Source: Octopus bimaculoides
Lineage: Eukaryota
DNA length: 64,000 bases
Assembly (NCBI RefSeq): GCF_001194135.2
Contig: NC_069004.1
Coordinates: 35,182,195-35,246,194 of the forward strand
Direction of reading: 5' to 3'
Shown: positions 38,842 through 53,264 of the stretch, one piece after another
Layout of the letters: each line of letters starts with the position of its first letter
How positions within the stretch are numbered: position 1 is the stretch's first letter
Made by a program: the position numbers and the translations under genes
The notes under the pieces: model-generated
The model's input: only the letters and a program-made list of their open reading frames with translations
What the model was told of the DNA's origin: nothing
Database searches by the model: none

Positions 38842-39284
38842 AGCGAGCGAATACCAACATACGGTGAATAATTGCCAGCTCATTACAGTTGTTTCTCAAC
38901 GTATCTTTTTAATAGAAGAATGAGAATATTACATCATTATAAAAGATCGTAATCAACGGATGAGAAGTGATTTTAGAAAACAAAAGAATATTCCAAGAAT
39001 ACAGCAGGAATGTGTCTGTCGAAGCCAACTGTGAAATGGGAGAGTGACCAACTATGTTGGCCGTTTAGGTTAAGAAAACAGTTCCTGAAAGTGTGAAATA
39101 TGGTATGTAAGGTCAGCGACCCGGTGAGAAATGAGTCTGCTAGACTAGTTCTTAGGAGTGGGGTGTAGGTGATGTTTTATTATAGTAAGCTCAGACCAGT
39201 GGGTAACAAGAAGAGGTCCTAATATAAATTAGGGACAAAGAGAGAATTTATTTTTTCTTTATTCTTTATTTCTTTATCCTTAAT

Positions 39285-39450
39285 AATCGTTACCAAGTTG
39301 GGTAAAAAGCTTTGCAGCATTTAGTTCGCCTTTATGTCTTGACTTCAAAAACTGCCGAGGTCGACTTTGCCTTTCATCCTCTCGAACTGGATCAAAAAAA
39401 TACCAACTGAACACTTATCCGCTCCCCTGAAATTACTGGCCTTTTGATAA
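39285..39450 (+). mobile_element. SINE family A, decayed
   Basis: Core CTGCCGAGGTCGACTTTGCCTTTCATCC. Confidence 0.7.
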
Positions 39451-39499
39451 AATTTCAAAATCCGTATACGCTGGAATTTGTTCAAATGTAATCCACCAG

Positions 39500-39760
39500 T
39501 TTAATATTTCAATTGATTTTAGTATAACTCCGCATAAATGCAAGTGATCGTTACCTCTACGAAGAGATTGCTCTGAGGGCTGTATTTTTTGTCAGGTACA
39601 TTATGGGATATCGTGTATCTTGCATGACGGTAATACTTCGATTGTATATAAAGGCCTTCCTTGCAGTTCATCTGTCATTTTCAGTTATCTTTATATATCA
39701 CATCCCTCGTCACTAACTGCTATACTGGTCACAGAGGATATCGTCTTTTGGTCACTGCCT
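39500..39760 (-). mobile_element. Possible heavily decayed RTE-type LINE C-terminal remnant
   Basis: Frameshifted fragments LYTIEVL and VMQDTRYPIMYL resemble the RTE (H)V.RM.D.RIPK..LYG region. The signal is weak. Confidence 0.28.
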
Positions 39761-40041
39761 GAATGAAGTTGTTTCTCACAGAAACAAATGTCTGTCGAAG
39801 TAGAGAGTTGTGGCATAGGCATACACCTATGGCGTCTTCACGTTGGATATCATTTGGACTTCGCGAGTTTTTTTCATTCACTTTTGACGTGAATCATGGC
39901 TACGAGTAACTTATAAGTTTTTGGGAGATGGTCGTTGAGCACTTACTTTTTTGATGCGCTGAGATGTACTCGTGCCGGATTCTCGTGCTTCTCATTGGCA
40001 TACACTCACTCATAATAGACATACATGCATACACTACAGGC

Positions 40042-40081
<40 letters not shown>

Positions 40082-40670
40082 TGCATATTTGTATATACAC
40101 TTCTTACGCTAAATGCATAGATTCATATATTTATTTACATATAAATGAATGATATCCATGTATATATACATGTATGTATATATATCTATATATGAATGTG
40201 TTTATAATTTATATACATAGATACAAACGTAGATGCCTACATACTGTATGTATATATTTTTTAAAGTAAAATAACCAGCTATCATTGTTTATCTCCATCT
40301 TTTGTACATCAGCATTGTCAGTGCAATAATCCCATAGAAACATGGAAATATTTTTACAGAAGATTCCATCTCTCACTCCCTCTCTCTCTCTTTACTTCTC
40401 GCTGGCTTCCTCCTCCTCCCCCCCATCATTCCTTCCTCCGCCTCTCCTCCTCTCCTCGTCACATACTTACTGCCATTATTACATTTGTCAATATACCGCC
40501 ATTTTTCTAGTATCTTATCTGTTTTTACTTCAATATTTGCCACGAAAATGTGTTTTGGTTTTTAAAAAAAAATTCTTTTGGAAATCTGTTGATTTCAACA
40601 GCAAGAAAATCTACGTATGTTTAAACACAAATACATATAGCTATATATATACAGATATATATTCAGTCAT

Positions 40671-40716
<46 letters not shown>

Positions 40717-41012
40717 ATATATATATGTACACACACACACACATATACACACATACATCATACATATGTATGCATTTATAGATAGATAGATAGACACATA
40801 GAATACTTTCAAACATGCATGCACATATGCATAGATATTGGTGTGCATATACTGTCCAACTGCATAAACAACAATATATATTTATACATTATATATAGGT
40901 ATATTAAATATACATATAATGTATATTTTTATATATGGTATGTACGCGCGTCTTTCTGTGTTTGTATGTGTATATACGATATGGATTGAGATAAAGAGAA
41001 ACAGAGAGAGAA

Positions 41013-41075
<63 letters not shown>

Positions 41076-41091
41076 AAGAAAAGAAGAAACA

Positions 41092-41156
<65 letters not shown>

Positions 41157-41539
41157 TAAGCAAAACCAGGGAAAAGTGTGTTTAATACATTTAGTAGAGT
41201 CCATTCAATTGAAAAGCAAGATTTCGCGTTTCGTTGCTCAGAGATACTCGTGTCTTGCATGTTGTTGAATCAGATAAATATGTATGTAAATATATATGTT
41301 TGTATGTGTGTGTATGTAAGTATTAATGTCTACAGATGAGTGAACGTTTCGATGTGATTGTGTGTGTGTTGTGTGTATACATTGTGTGTCTTTGTGTGTG
41401 TGTGTGTGTGTGTGTTTGTGTATGCGCGTGTTTGTATGTATACATTGTGTGTGTGTGTATCTGTGTTATTCTCTTCTTTGCTAGTCTGTGGCAAAGACCC
41501 ATGACCTTTGCCGCCCTCCACTAACCTCGTGAACGATAA

Positions 41540-42540
41540 AATCCATGCCTCTAAAAATCTGTTTAAACTGTTACAGGAAGATATGAGCATGCAACAGAAT
41601 TCAAAGAGCCGATAATCTGGGGAAAATTACTGGCCCTAGGAGGTCCTAAGTGTTCCTGATGATCAGACTCAACCACAATAAAGAGGAGTGCAGAGACGAG
41701 AGAGTCGAGTGATGGCAATATGAAGCGAAACGGTTTCAAGGAGAAGAGGTCATTTTACTAATGGTAGAAAAGAAAAATAGAGAGACGAGGCATCGAGGTT
41801 GTGGGCCTGAGACAGGAGTATGGTCTTCAATAATTATCTGTGGCGTGCTTTTCCTCCGAATGCTATCCAAGATAGTTGCGTTGGCAGTGACAGAACTGTC
41901 TTAGATGTGGTAGAAGTACCTCATTTGTAAGCCTCTTTCCTTGCACATAATCAGCAGCTATGAGAAGCAAAATACCCTGTGGTTTCGCAGAAAGGAGCTG
42001 GTATTTAGTCCCACGTATCCATTGCGTATGATTTCATCAGAAGGGATCCCAGAAGATATGATAGAAAGGTCCAGCATTTAAAACAGCAACAAGGGCACTG
42101 TATGAGCGCCAAACATGTTTGTTGAGTGTGGTGCAGTGGGATTTTCTTGATATAAGTAAGGCTTGAGCTTTTGACGTTGTTTTGGTGTTTTTTGCTCTTA
42201 AAAGAGACAAGGTTAGCGTAACTCCAATGAAGGACTCATTGCCTACGATCATGGATGCCAATTTAATGTGGAGTGTAGGTCGTGTTTAGAGGTTACAGGC
42301 TTTAGACGAAATTATGTCGAAAGGAAGGGTCGTGTCGCCTGCATCATGGTGAGCGTTACAACAGAGAAGAGCAAGGAGAACATTACGGTGAAGATGGTAC
42401 ACAGTTTGGGACAGACGCGAATCCTGTGAGGCACAGAGTTTTACAGACACAGATTAATCGCTTACCATTCCTATTTCTAAGAATGAACGGTTTCTACGAA
42501 GGAAACGTCGCTGTTTCCCGCCAGAGCAACGGGGTACTCG
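41540..42540 (-). mobile_element. Decayed CR1-group (Zenon-like) LINE, RT domain and C-terminus
   Basis: Motifs appear in the correct order on the minus strand: NS-VP(H)...SQTVY (GVPQG region, about 42430), HHDAGDTTL (YADD region), VLHWSYANLVSFKSKK, QALLISRK, MRYFYHI*DSS, ILDSIRRK, and S(L)FY...NDLFS. There are many frameshifts. Confidence 0.65.
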
Positions 42541-42629
42541 TTATTTTGAGTGTTCTCATCTCTACGGTATGTAGCAATGGATATACATACACACACAGAA
42601 TATGTATGCATGTATGAGTATATATGTAT

Positions 42630-42679
<50 letters not shown>

Positions 42680-43637
42680 ATGTATGTTCATATATATGCA
42701 TGTATATATATATGTATATATATAAAGAAAAAATGTAAGCATGGAAGCGAGCATGTACACATGCGCAGATATATATGTTTGTACATACGCACATGGGTAT
42801 ATATGAATATTTATGTCTATATGCATGTCTATATGCTTGTACGCAGATGTATGTATGCACATATCTAGGAATGCGTGTAACAATGCTCCTACCTTAATAT
42901 ATATTCGCATAGCATCACTTGTCTATCTAAACTTATCTCGTTCTATATTCCAATTCTTTCACTCTCCCATTATAAATAGATACTTGTCTCTCTCTCCCCA
43001 CCCCATTTATGTGTATAGATATATATATTCACATTCATACATATATGTATTTCATATGTATATATACACATATATAAACATATTTATATACATATGTTGC
43101 TTATGCACACACACATATGTGTGTCACTGTACCATTCTATCTCCATATATTTTTATTTCTTTATCCAATTTCCGGTACGTTTTTTGAGAGCATCGTCCCT
43201 TCCACGCCAACCCCCGCCCCCGCTGCACCATTCCACCATCGTTGCGTGCTGCACCACCATTGCATCTCTCCACTTCACGTCTGCAATGATTCTCCCACCA
43301 CCAATCCAAACCCTTTAAGTTGGTACCTTTTAAAATTCCTACCTTCAAGATAATCTTTTTTGCGCTTCCTCAATTGTTTTGTCTGTAGTTATTGCCAAAT
43401 TGTTCCATGTTGGCGATGGTGGCGCTGCGATTGTTGCTGGTGCTGTTGCTGCTGAAGCGGATAATACTACTACTACTACTACTACTACTACTAACAATAA
43501 TAATGATAATAATAATAATAGATGTGATAAAGGTGATGGTTGGTGGTGTTGCGAAAGCAATGGTGCTTTTGTGATGTTCTTTTATACCGTACAAAATCCA
43601 ATATTTTCGTATCTGTATTATTACGTACCTGCATACA

Positions 43638-43669
<32 letters not shown>

Positions 43670-43763
43670 CATACTTACATATATATATACATACATATAT
43701 ATACATATATACATACTTACACATATATATATGTATGCATATATGTAAAAATATTTATATGTA

Positions 43764-43804
<41 letters not shown>

Positions 43805-43939
43805 ATATATATATACTTATATAAACTTACATATATACATACATATATATACATATATACATACATACATATGTATATACAGATGTATGATGCATATATA
43901 TTATTTACATATGCCTATATATATCAATTATATTAATTG

Positions 43940-43980
<41 letters not shown>

Positions 43981-44108
43981 ATATGTCAGCATGTGTATAT
44001 AAAAATGTAGTATACAACATTATGCATGCACTTAAGTATGTGCGTATAATTTATACAGATTCCTTCTGTTTCAAAGGATTTTTTATAGATGAGCGATAGG
44101 TGAGCACG

Positions 44109-44141
<33 letters not shown>

Positions 44142-44767
44142 ATTCTTTAATCTATATTGTTGCATACATTGTCCACATTCGCGCACACCTGTGTATACAC
44201 CTGTACAAACGAACAGGCGAAAACACAGTTATACACACACACACACACATTCATACACCTGTCTTTCCATAAACATAAGTATATTTATGTGTGTGTGTGT
44301 GTGCGTGTGTGTGTGTATATGTATATATACTCAATTACTTATCTCTGTGCATATGCTAACAGATATACACTAAGATATACGGGGGAACGTAAACATGCGC
44401 GGAACTGTGTGCGTGTATATGTGTGCGTGTATATGTGTGCGTGTCCATGTTCGTGTGTCTTTGTACCAGACTGGGGTACATTTTTCTAACAAAATATTTC
44501 TACCCAAACCTTGCTATTAACTGATGGAACCACTGATTCTTTCTTCCTTTCTTTTTTTTTCTTTCTTACATACACACGATCAGTATGTATGTACGAATCT
44601 ATGTGTGTGATGGATAGATGGATAGATAGATAGATAGATGGATGGATGGATGGATGGATGGATGGATAGATATATGGATGGATGGATGGATGCATGGATG
44701 GATATATAGACAGAAACAGATACCTACATAAATATACTGGCGTATATATGTATATATATAGATATAT

Positions 44768-44846
<79 letters not shown>

Positions 44847-45156
44847 TATACAATTATATAATTACATATACAGGTATATAGATATATCTACATACACACA
44901 TATTTATATGCTTAGTCTACGTACGCGTATATATGTATGTGTATACATATATATTTATAATGTTACATAAATAGGTATTTATATGAATGTTTGTTTAATC
45001 TACCTGAACACATATTCAGTCCATTTCCTAGACTTGGTCTTGTTAGATGTAAACTATTATTTACTTATTACAGTACACACAGAAACATATGCACACACAC
45101 ACAAACACACACAGACAGACACACACACAAACACACACAGACAGACACACACACAT

Positions 45157-45198
<42 letters not shown>

Positions 45199-45474
45199 AA
45201 GCATGGACATAAATACGTATAACATATGTGCTTACGTAACTCCTTCGTACTCGTGGTCGTCTATAATTGTCTTTATATAATCTTTGTATTTCTCTTTTTC
45301 TGAAATCTGTTTCCTCGAATTTGCTTCAAAAAATATTCCATTTTCTTTGCATTTTCCAAAATTTTCTCTCAGTATTTCCTATTTCAACAACGTTTCCAAA
45401 AATTCTTTACACCTTTTTCTCTCTGATTTCTATTCTTCTTGTTCGTCTTTTATTTTTAGAGTTTCTTGCATTTG

Positions 45475-45531
<57 letters not shown>

Positions 45532-46197
45532 CCTCTGTTTGTTTTAATTTTGCTTCGTTTACGTATCTTGGGGCAAGATAAAACTTCTTCAAAATCATCG
45601 TCATCATCATCATTATCATCGCCATTATCATCTTCATTGTCGTCATCGTTGTCATCACCATCACCACCACTATCATCATGAACATCACCACCACCACCAT
45701 CAGCAACATCATCAACACTACCACTACCATCATTACCACTAATGCCGTCATCATCATCGTCACCATCATCATTATTATCATCATAATCATCATCAGGGGT
45801 GTAAACGCCACCATATTTAGTGTTTTCCGCAAAATAGATTTTCACCGTTATTGACACCAGCACCATAAGCAGCAGCAACAGTAGGAAAACCACAATCATC
45901 ATCATCACCATCGTCATCATCATCACCATCACCGACAACATTATCATCGTCTTCACCGTCAAACGCAACAACGTCAACAATAACAACAAAATGAATTCTA
46001 TGATGATCTCTGAGAATAAAACGTGTTTTGTTTTTTTAGCCATTTGTATTCCTCGCCATTCTTTGATTCCAGATCAAAGAGCAAAAATCTCAGACTCAGT
46101 TCTTTCATTTAATTTCCTTGATGTCAGTTCAACCTAATCTAATAATCCGTCTGTCTATCTATCTATCCATCTATCTATCTATCTATGTATCTGAAGG

Positions 46198-46241
<44 letters not shown>

Positions 46242-46275
46242 CTTCTCTCTCTCTCTCTCTATCTCTCTCTCTCCT

Positions 46276-46308
<33 letters not shown>

Positions 46309-46419
46309 TCCTGCACATCTATTTATCAGTTTGTCTGATAGATACCCACCTGACGCTCAGTCTATCAATCAATCCATGAATTTATTTACCTCTTCTTTTA
46401 TATATGCCTATATATGTGT

Positions 46420-46690
46420 GAGCTAGCGATCGTGAGATCAATTCCTGCGTCGGGTGGTGCATTGCGTGCATGAGCAAAACACTTCCTCGCAAGTTGCTCT
46501 GCGATTACAACGATATCAGACGAGTGGCACACTGTGTACCTGTTCAGGTAACATAGATTTGATGGAGGAGAGAGTGAGCAAATGCGCGGCACGAACATTT
46601 GATCCCAATAAACGAATCACTTGTGCAGATCGTGTCGGCAAAAGGCTGAACGCCCATACGTTGTCTTCGACGGGGGAGTCCGTCATATCT
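46420..46690 (+). mobile_element. SINE family E related, 5'-truncated
   Basis: GCATTGCGTGCATGAGCAAAACACTT...GTGGCACACTGTGTACCTGTTCAGGTAACATAGATTTGATGGAGG, homologous to the reverse complement of 28060-28230. Confidence 0.75.
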
Positions 46691-46743
<53 letters not shown>

Positions 46744-47568
46744 TGTGTGTGTGTATGTGTGTACACAAAATATACAAAAACATGAGTATATAACCATATA
46801 TGCATATGCATATATCTATATACATCTTCAGCACACAAGTATATTTATGTATAAGAATATATATATGATTGAACATGTGTATATAAGTATATGTATGTGT
46901 ATCTATATATACACGTCTACATATATTTATAGGTATGTGTGTGTGTGCATGTATGTATTTATACATATCTGTCCGTCAATCTAACTATCTTTATAATACA
47001 TATATATATATATATATGCATACATACATACATATCCCTACGAAGCAAAACACTTTCCACTTATCCCAAACACGTAATTATTTTCTTTTCTACAATCGGA
47101 AGCAATTTAACCGGAAATAAACAAACACACAAAAACATCGCTATTTCAGTGACAGTGATGAGTAGATATTGAACAGTGTTGTTGTTGATGATGGTCTTGC
47201 TGCTATATTGTTGTTGATATTGTTGCTGTTGTCGTTGTTGTTGCTGCTGCTGCTGCAGCTGCCATTGACCCGAGCCAAACAGTTCTTTGACTGTTGTCAG
47301 ACGTATAGGAAATGGCGATGTCTTCTTATCTTGGTAGACATCTGCTCCTCCGTAAGCAACGAGCAAACAACGGCACACATAAAAATATAAATAAATACAA
47401 GTATACTGTTCCATGTCTACGAGGATGTGTGCATGAATAATATATATGTCTGTCTGCCTCTGTGTGTGCGCGCGCGCATGTGTGTCTGCATGTGAATATC
47501 TCATGTACGTATATATGTGTGTGCATGTGTGAGCACATATATATATATAAATGAATGCATATATACTG

Positions 47569-47615
<47 letters not shown>

Positions 47616-47749
47616 ATGTAGATATATTTGTATATTTATGATATGTATATATGTATATATACATGCATATTTAGATATATTATATATATAAATATATACA
47701 TATATAATTATGTATATGCGTGTGTAATTTTGTGTGTGTGTGTGTAACT

Positions 47750-48135
47750 CAGCGAGTTGCAGCCTCAATTTTGCTTTCCCTAAGGAAACACAAATTTTGA
47801 ATGGTGTTCCCCAAAGAAGTATCTCGGGGCCATTACTATCTATAGCAACTGTCTCAGACATGCTGAAGGTCACTCGGACAATGCCGAAGGTCACTAGTTA
47901 TGTTGATAGTACAAAATTATCACAGGCAATATCGTACCCTGACGATGTCTCAAGCTTACAGTAGAATCTAAATACAATGTACAAGTGGGCGAAGAAAACA
48001 ACATGCAGTTTAATGCTTGAAAATTTCAAGTACCGCACCATCAGCTTCCGAATGCACCGCAGCCTGCAGGACCCGAAGGTACTGTAATCTCAGAGTCGGA
48101 GACAATAAGAAACTCGGCGGTCAGTTTTCGTAAGG
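47750..48135 (+). mobile_element. CR1/L2-group LINE reverse transcriptase fragment
   Basis: NGVPQRSISGPLL...SYVDSTKL...SLQ*NLNTMYKWA...MQFNA*KFQ correspond to the GVPQG, YADD and W...N.M.FN..K motifs. In-frame stops are present. Confidence 0.8.
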
Positions 48136-48136
48136 A

Positions 48137-48189
<53 letters not shown>

Positions 48190-48864
48190 GTACATACATA
48201 ATTATGCATGAGTAAAATGTTCTAGCTCAGACCTGGTTTGGATTCTTGCGTAATCCAAAGAAATAAAAAAGATGTATAAAATTAAGTATGTATACACACA
48301 CAGCTATATACTTGACTGTGTGTGAGTGAGTGAATGAGTACAAGTGTGTGTGTGTGTGCGTGTGTATGTGTGTATGTTTTTGTGAGTGGATAGAAATAAA
48401 ACTGCAAAAATAAAATCTAGAGTATATATATGCGGTAATACATATTGTGATATCTAAAAATATCTTTAAATAGAGATATTCTTTATGAAATTGTTCTAGA
48501 AACATGTTATGATATGGTTGCGAATATACTGCCTCTGCAAAACTATGTTGGTGAAACTCATCGAATAACGCTTTGCTCGTTTTTACATTAGTCTAACTTC
48601 TCACAGCAACATGTGAGTCTTACAATCAGGACAGAAGACGATGCCTTTCGCCTTCAACAGGGGTAGGAGGGCTGGAGAATGATATCCTCAAATTGATCAC
48701 CTCGTCCAAATGCTTGCAAAACAATAATATATTGTTTCTAAATCAGCTGTCTAGAAAGAGAATGAGAATTGAACAGTCGATTGTATCGAGTTGGCAGATG
48801 ATTCAAGTTGGATCTGAGCACAAAATGTTAAGATCTAAAATCCACCACCTTTTCAAAAGCGTGT

Positions 48865-48897
<33 letters not shown>

Positions 48898-50143
48898 GTA
48901 TGTATACACTCATACATATTAATATGTACACAAAACTCATGCAAACACACACACACAAGCACACATATATATGTGCATGTGTGTGTGTGTGTGTGTAGGA
49001 ATGGGGGGTGGGATTTAGCACATTCCCCAAAGTCTAGTAAATGCGAAACGTAAACAGTTTCAATATTTATTTAATGACTTTGATTTTTGCAGAAACGATT
49101 TGACTTTTGCATAGAAAAACAATAAAATAATTGATAATTTAGTTTAAATGAAACAAAACTTCTGTAAAACGAAAAATCATCGCCATAACATCTATGTACA
49201 TACANNNNNNNNNNNNNNNNNNNNNNNNNNNNNNNNNNNNNNNNNNNNNNNNNNNNNNNNNNNNNNNNNNNNNNNNNNNNNNNNNNNNNNNNNNNNNNNN
49301 NNNNNNNNNNNNNNNNNNNNNNNNNNNNNNNNNNNNNNNNNNNNNNNNNNNNNNNNNNNNNNNNNNNNNNNNNNNNNNNNNNNNNNNNNNNNNNNNNNNN
49401 NNNNNNNNNNNNNNNNNNNNNNNNNNNNNNNNNNNNNNNNNNNNNNNNNNNNNNNNNNNNNNNNNNNNNNNNNNNNNNNNNNNNNNNNNNNNNNNNNNNN
49501 NNNNNNNNNNNNNNNNNNNNNNNNNNNNNNNNNNNNNNNNNNNNNNNNNNNNNNNNNNNNNNNNNNNNNNNNNNNNNNNNNNNNNNNNNNNNNNNNNNNN
49601 NNNNNNNNNNNNNNNNNNNNNNNNNNNNNNNNNNNNNNNNNNNNNNNNNNNNNNNNNNNNNNNNNNNNNNNNNNNNNNNNNNNNNNNNNNNNNNNNNNNN
49701 NNNNNNNNNNNNNNNNNNNNNNNNNNNNNNNNNNNNNNNNNNNNNNNNNNNNNNNNNNNNNNNNNNNNNNNNNNNNNNNNNNNNNNNNNNNNNNNNNNNN
49801 NNNNNNNNNNNNNNNNNNNNNNNNNNNNNNNNNNNNNNNNNNNNNNNNNNNNNNNNNNNNNNNNNNNNNNNNNNNNNNNNNNNNNNNNNNNNNNNNNNNN
49901 NNNNNNNNNNNNNNNNNNNNNNNNNNNNNNNNNNNNNNNNNNNNNNNNNNNNNNNNNNNNNNNNNNNNNNNNNNNNNNNNNNNNNNNNNNNNNNNNNNNN
50001 NNNNNNNNNNNNNNNNNNNNNNNNNNNNNNNNNNNNNNNNNNNNNNNNNNNNNNNNNNNNNNNNNNNNNNNNNNNNNNNNNNNNNNNNNNNNNNNNNNNN
50101 NNNNNNNNNNNNNNNNNNNNNNNNNNNNNNNNNNNNNNNNNNN

Positions 50144-50500
50144 NTACCAAAATCACATAAAAATATCTTGAAATACTAAAGAGTAAATTTATTCAATAAA
50201 ATTGTCATTGGCTTCAACCTCGGCCTCCAGACGACTTCGGGATCTCTTCTGGACAGCCTCCTTGTTTAAGTTGGTGAATGCTGCCATAATCCGTGCCTTC
50301 AAGGAGTTTTGTTGGTCTCTCTCAGCTGCGCCCCACACATAATAATCAAGGGGGGTTGCAGTCTGGGGAGTTAGGTGGCCAGATGTTAGGAGTGATGTGG
50401 TCACAGAAAATGTCTGACAGCCATGACTGGGTTCTCCTGCTTGTGTGGCATGGTGTAGAGTCCTGGTGCTAGACATAGGTTCTTCTAGCAACTACCCTCT
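50144..50500 (-). mobile_element. DD37D (maT-type) Tc1/mariner transposase C-terminal fragment
   Basis: Reads V*HQDSTPCHTSRRTQSWLSDIFCDHITPNIWPPNSPDCNP-(frameshift)-LDYYVWGAAE...LKARIMAAFTNLNKE...SRLEAEVEANDNFIE*. There are 37 residues between the QD and LD aspartates. The 3' end runs into a gap. Confidence 0.88.
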
Positions 50501-50504
50501 GACC

Positions 50505-50750
50505 GGTGTTCCGGTGTTCCAATTGTTTTGGTGGGTGTGAAACCACCTGTTATCTACAGTTGTTCCCAGGTCTACTCTGATCCGGAGTAATAGCAATTGT
50601 CAGGGTCCCACTTATGGATCAACGAGTACGTCTCCCTACTCAGATAAGTGTAATGACAACCCATCTGAGGAGGGAGCTGCAGAAACACCCTTGCTTTACG
50701 TCAGGGCGCGCAGTAAAAGGAGCGGGAGTGACGAATCACTAGCTGTTGTC
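50505..50750 (-). repeat. Unclassified dispersed repeat (related fragment at about 63900-63995, plus)
   Basis: Reverse complement ACTCCGGATCAGAGTAGACCTGGGAAC resembles ACCGTGGGCCAGAGTGAATCTAGGAGT at about 63920. Confidence 0.4.
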
Positions 50751-51136
50751 ACAGCATATATATTATATATATATTATATATTATACATATATAATATATA
50801 TAGATAAATAGATAGGTAAACACACAGACAGGTAGTTGTGCTTACAAAGGAAAAAAGACTCAAGAGATGTGATTGAGAGTAAATATTTATCTTAACTTCG
50901 CAGCTCACATTCACATTTCTAAAATTGTCCTTACCCTATAACCGTGACTATCCTTTCAGATACGCTGACACTAATTAGTAAGATGATTACAAGTATAGTT
51001 TCGTTAGATGATGAGGCACGTTCCTATTGACTTTTTGATATTCTGTACTGAAACCGGTATCATACGTTTACTTGATTGGGCTGAAGACAAATCTGGTGCA
51101 ATATGTAGGAGTAGTCATTTTATTAAAATTTTGAAG

Positions 51137-51225
51137 AAGGAAAACACTCTGGAAAAGCAACAGCTAATATTATTTTGAAACAAGCTCCGTTGTTGGCAGC
51201 TGCAGGAAAGTTGATGATCACCGTT
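51137..51225 (+). CDS. Candidate internal exon (89 nt, phase 1 to phase 0), product unknown
   Basis: Acceptor aattttgaag|A and donor GTT|gtgagt. Only one frame is open: (E)GKHSGKATANIILKQAPLLAAAGKLMITV. It lies in non-repetitive sequence. Confidence 0.3.
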
Positions 51226-52392
51226 GTGAGTAAGAAAACCTCGCATAATTTGTAAAGACAATCGCACTTATTTTGATTTATCGAATCAGAAAGATCAAAT
51301 ATGATTTGTGCCTCTGCAGAATATTTATCAAAGCAACAAATTGTCAATACCAATATGTATGCGTGTGTCAGTAAACACGTGTATGTATGTTTGTATGTAT
51401 GTATGTATGTATGTGCGTATATATATATATACGTACATACGCACACATAAACGCACACACACACACACACACACAAACACACATACACAAGAATGAAAGA
51501 TGAAGCCATTCAAATGAATTTTCCATAGTTTACAAAGCTATATGTACCGCTATACACTTATGTATACATATGTATATATAGCTTATATAGACACGTATTG
51601 TATATATACATATATACAAGTATAGATTTACTTATACATATATGTATATTTGTATATGCTCACGCGAGTATGCGTGCGCACGTGTGTGGGTGTACATATG
51701 GGTGCGCGCGCGTGTGTATCTGCCTTATTTCATGACCGTATGACAACGAGTAGTTCATTCTTCGCTTTTGATCATTATGAAAAACAAAATGCAAACGAGG
51801 GATAGCGAAACAGAGAGAAAAACAGTTTTAATAATCATAACAGTAGTGAAGACGATGATGATGATGATAATAATAACAATTATTATTAAAACAGTAGTAG
51901 TAGTAGTAGTAGTCATAATCATATTCATAATAATAATAATACTAATAATAAGAAGAAGAAGATGAAATATTTTGGGTGATGAAGTTTTCCAGTGAAAGAT
52001 ATTCCTAGCATATGAAGAAGAATATGTAGAATTTTCGGAAATATGTTGAGAAAAATCTCTGTTGAAGTTTCTGTGAAGGTTCGTTAACAGTTAGACGTTC
52101 CTTTTGCCTACACAATAGCTACAATTAGCTGACCTGTAACCTTTCTATATTCCTAACATCTTTGTCTCTTTCTTACCGGAAGTAGGTGGAGTAGAAACGC
52201 GCCTAACCTTTAAACTTTTCTTCTGTTCGGCAGTCATTTATATAGGCGTACATTGCGTATATTTATCGATGGCCCTCTCTCTCTCTCTCTCTGTCTCTTT
52301 CTCTATGTCTCTCTTCACATACATACATACATACATACATACATACGTGTGCGTGTATTCATATTTTCATGCGCATTTATATATAAATTTGC

Positions 52393-52427
<35 letters not shown>

Positions 52428-53264
52428 TGTGTGTGTGAGCGTGTTTGTGTGTATACATAGAATTATGTATATTATATACATATTTATGAATGTCAAATAT
52501 GTATTGTATAGATAGCAGTGTATGCATGTTTGCGTGTGTGTGTATGTGTGTGTATCAGTGTCTATGTGCGTGGAGAGTGAGTTAGAGTACCGGATGGACA
52601 ACCTTGTCGCATTAGTTCCGGCTTTGTACGTTCTAAGTTCAATCCCTATCGGTGTAAAAATTTACTTATCAGTCCTTGGGGGTTAGACAAATAATAAACG
52701 AATAAAAAATCTGGCTTCGAAACTTATTTTGTCTTCCTTTCAACCTGACTTATACACCGGCAATGTTCAGGTTGAGAAGCGGAGGGATTTTGCTCGGTCT
52801 ACAAAGATCAATGTATGATGGAACCTTAAGGACTCCATCAAGCGTTGAGGGCACAACAAAGAAAGCACGCATACATACATATATACATTCACATACGTAT
52901 GCAAATATACACATGCACACATATACATATATATANNNNNNNNNNNNNNNNNNNNNNNNNNNNNNNNNNNNNNNNNNNNNNNNNNNNNNNNNNNNNNNNN
53001 NNNNNNNNNNNNNNNNNNNNNNNNNNNNNNNNNNNNNNNNNNNNNNNNNNNNNNNNNNNNNNNNNNNNNNNNNNNNNNNNNNNNNNNNNNNNNNNNNNNN
53101 NNNNNNNNNNNNNNNNNNNNNNNNNNNNNNNNNNNNNNNNNNNNNNNNNNNNNNNNNNNNNNNNNNNNNNNNNNNNNNNNNNNNNNNNNNNNNNNNNNNN
53201 NNNNNNNNNNNNNNNNNNNNNNNNNNNNNNNNNNATATATATATATATATATATAATGTTCACT

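Noticed and set aside
45407-46043. Asp-rich and Met-rich minus-strand ORFs
   Set aside because: (CAT)n/(CAC)n low-complexity block.
50505-50755. Possible LTR (minus strand TGTGAC...GGTCA)
   Set aside because: The termini are not well inverted, there is no TSD, and the interior matches a different dispersed repeat.
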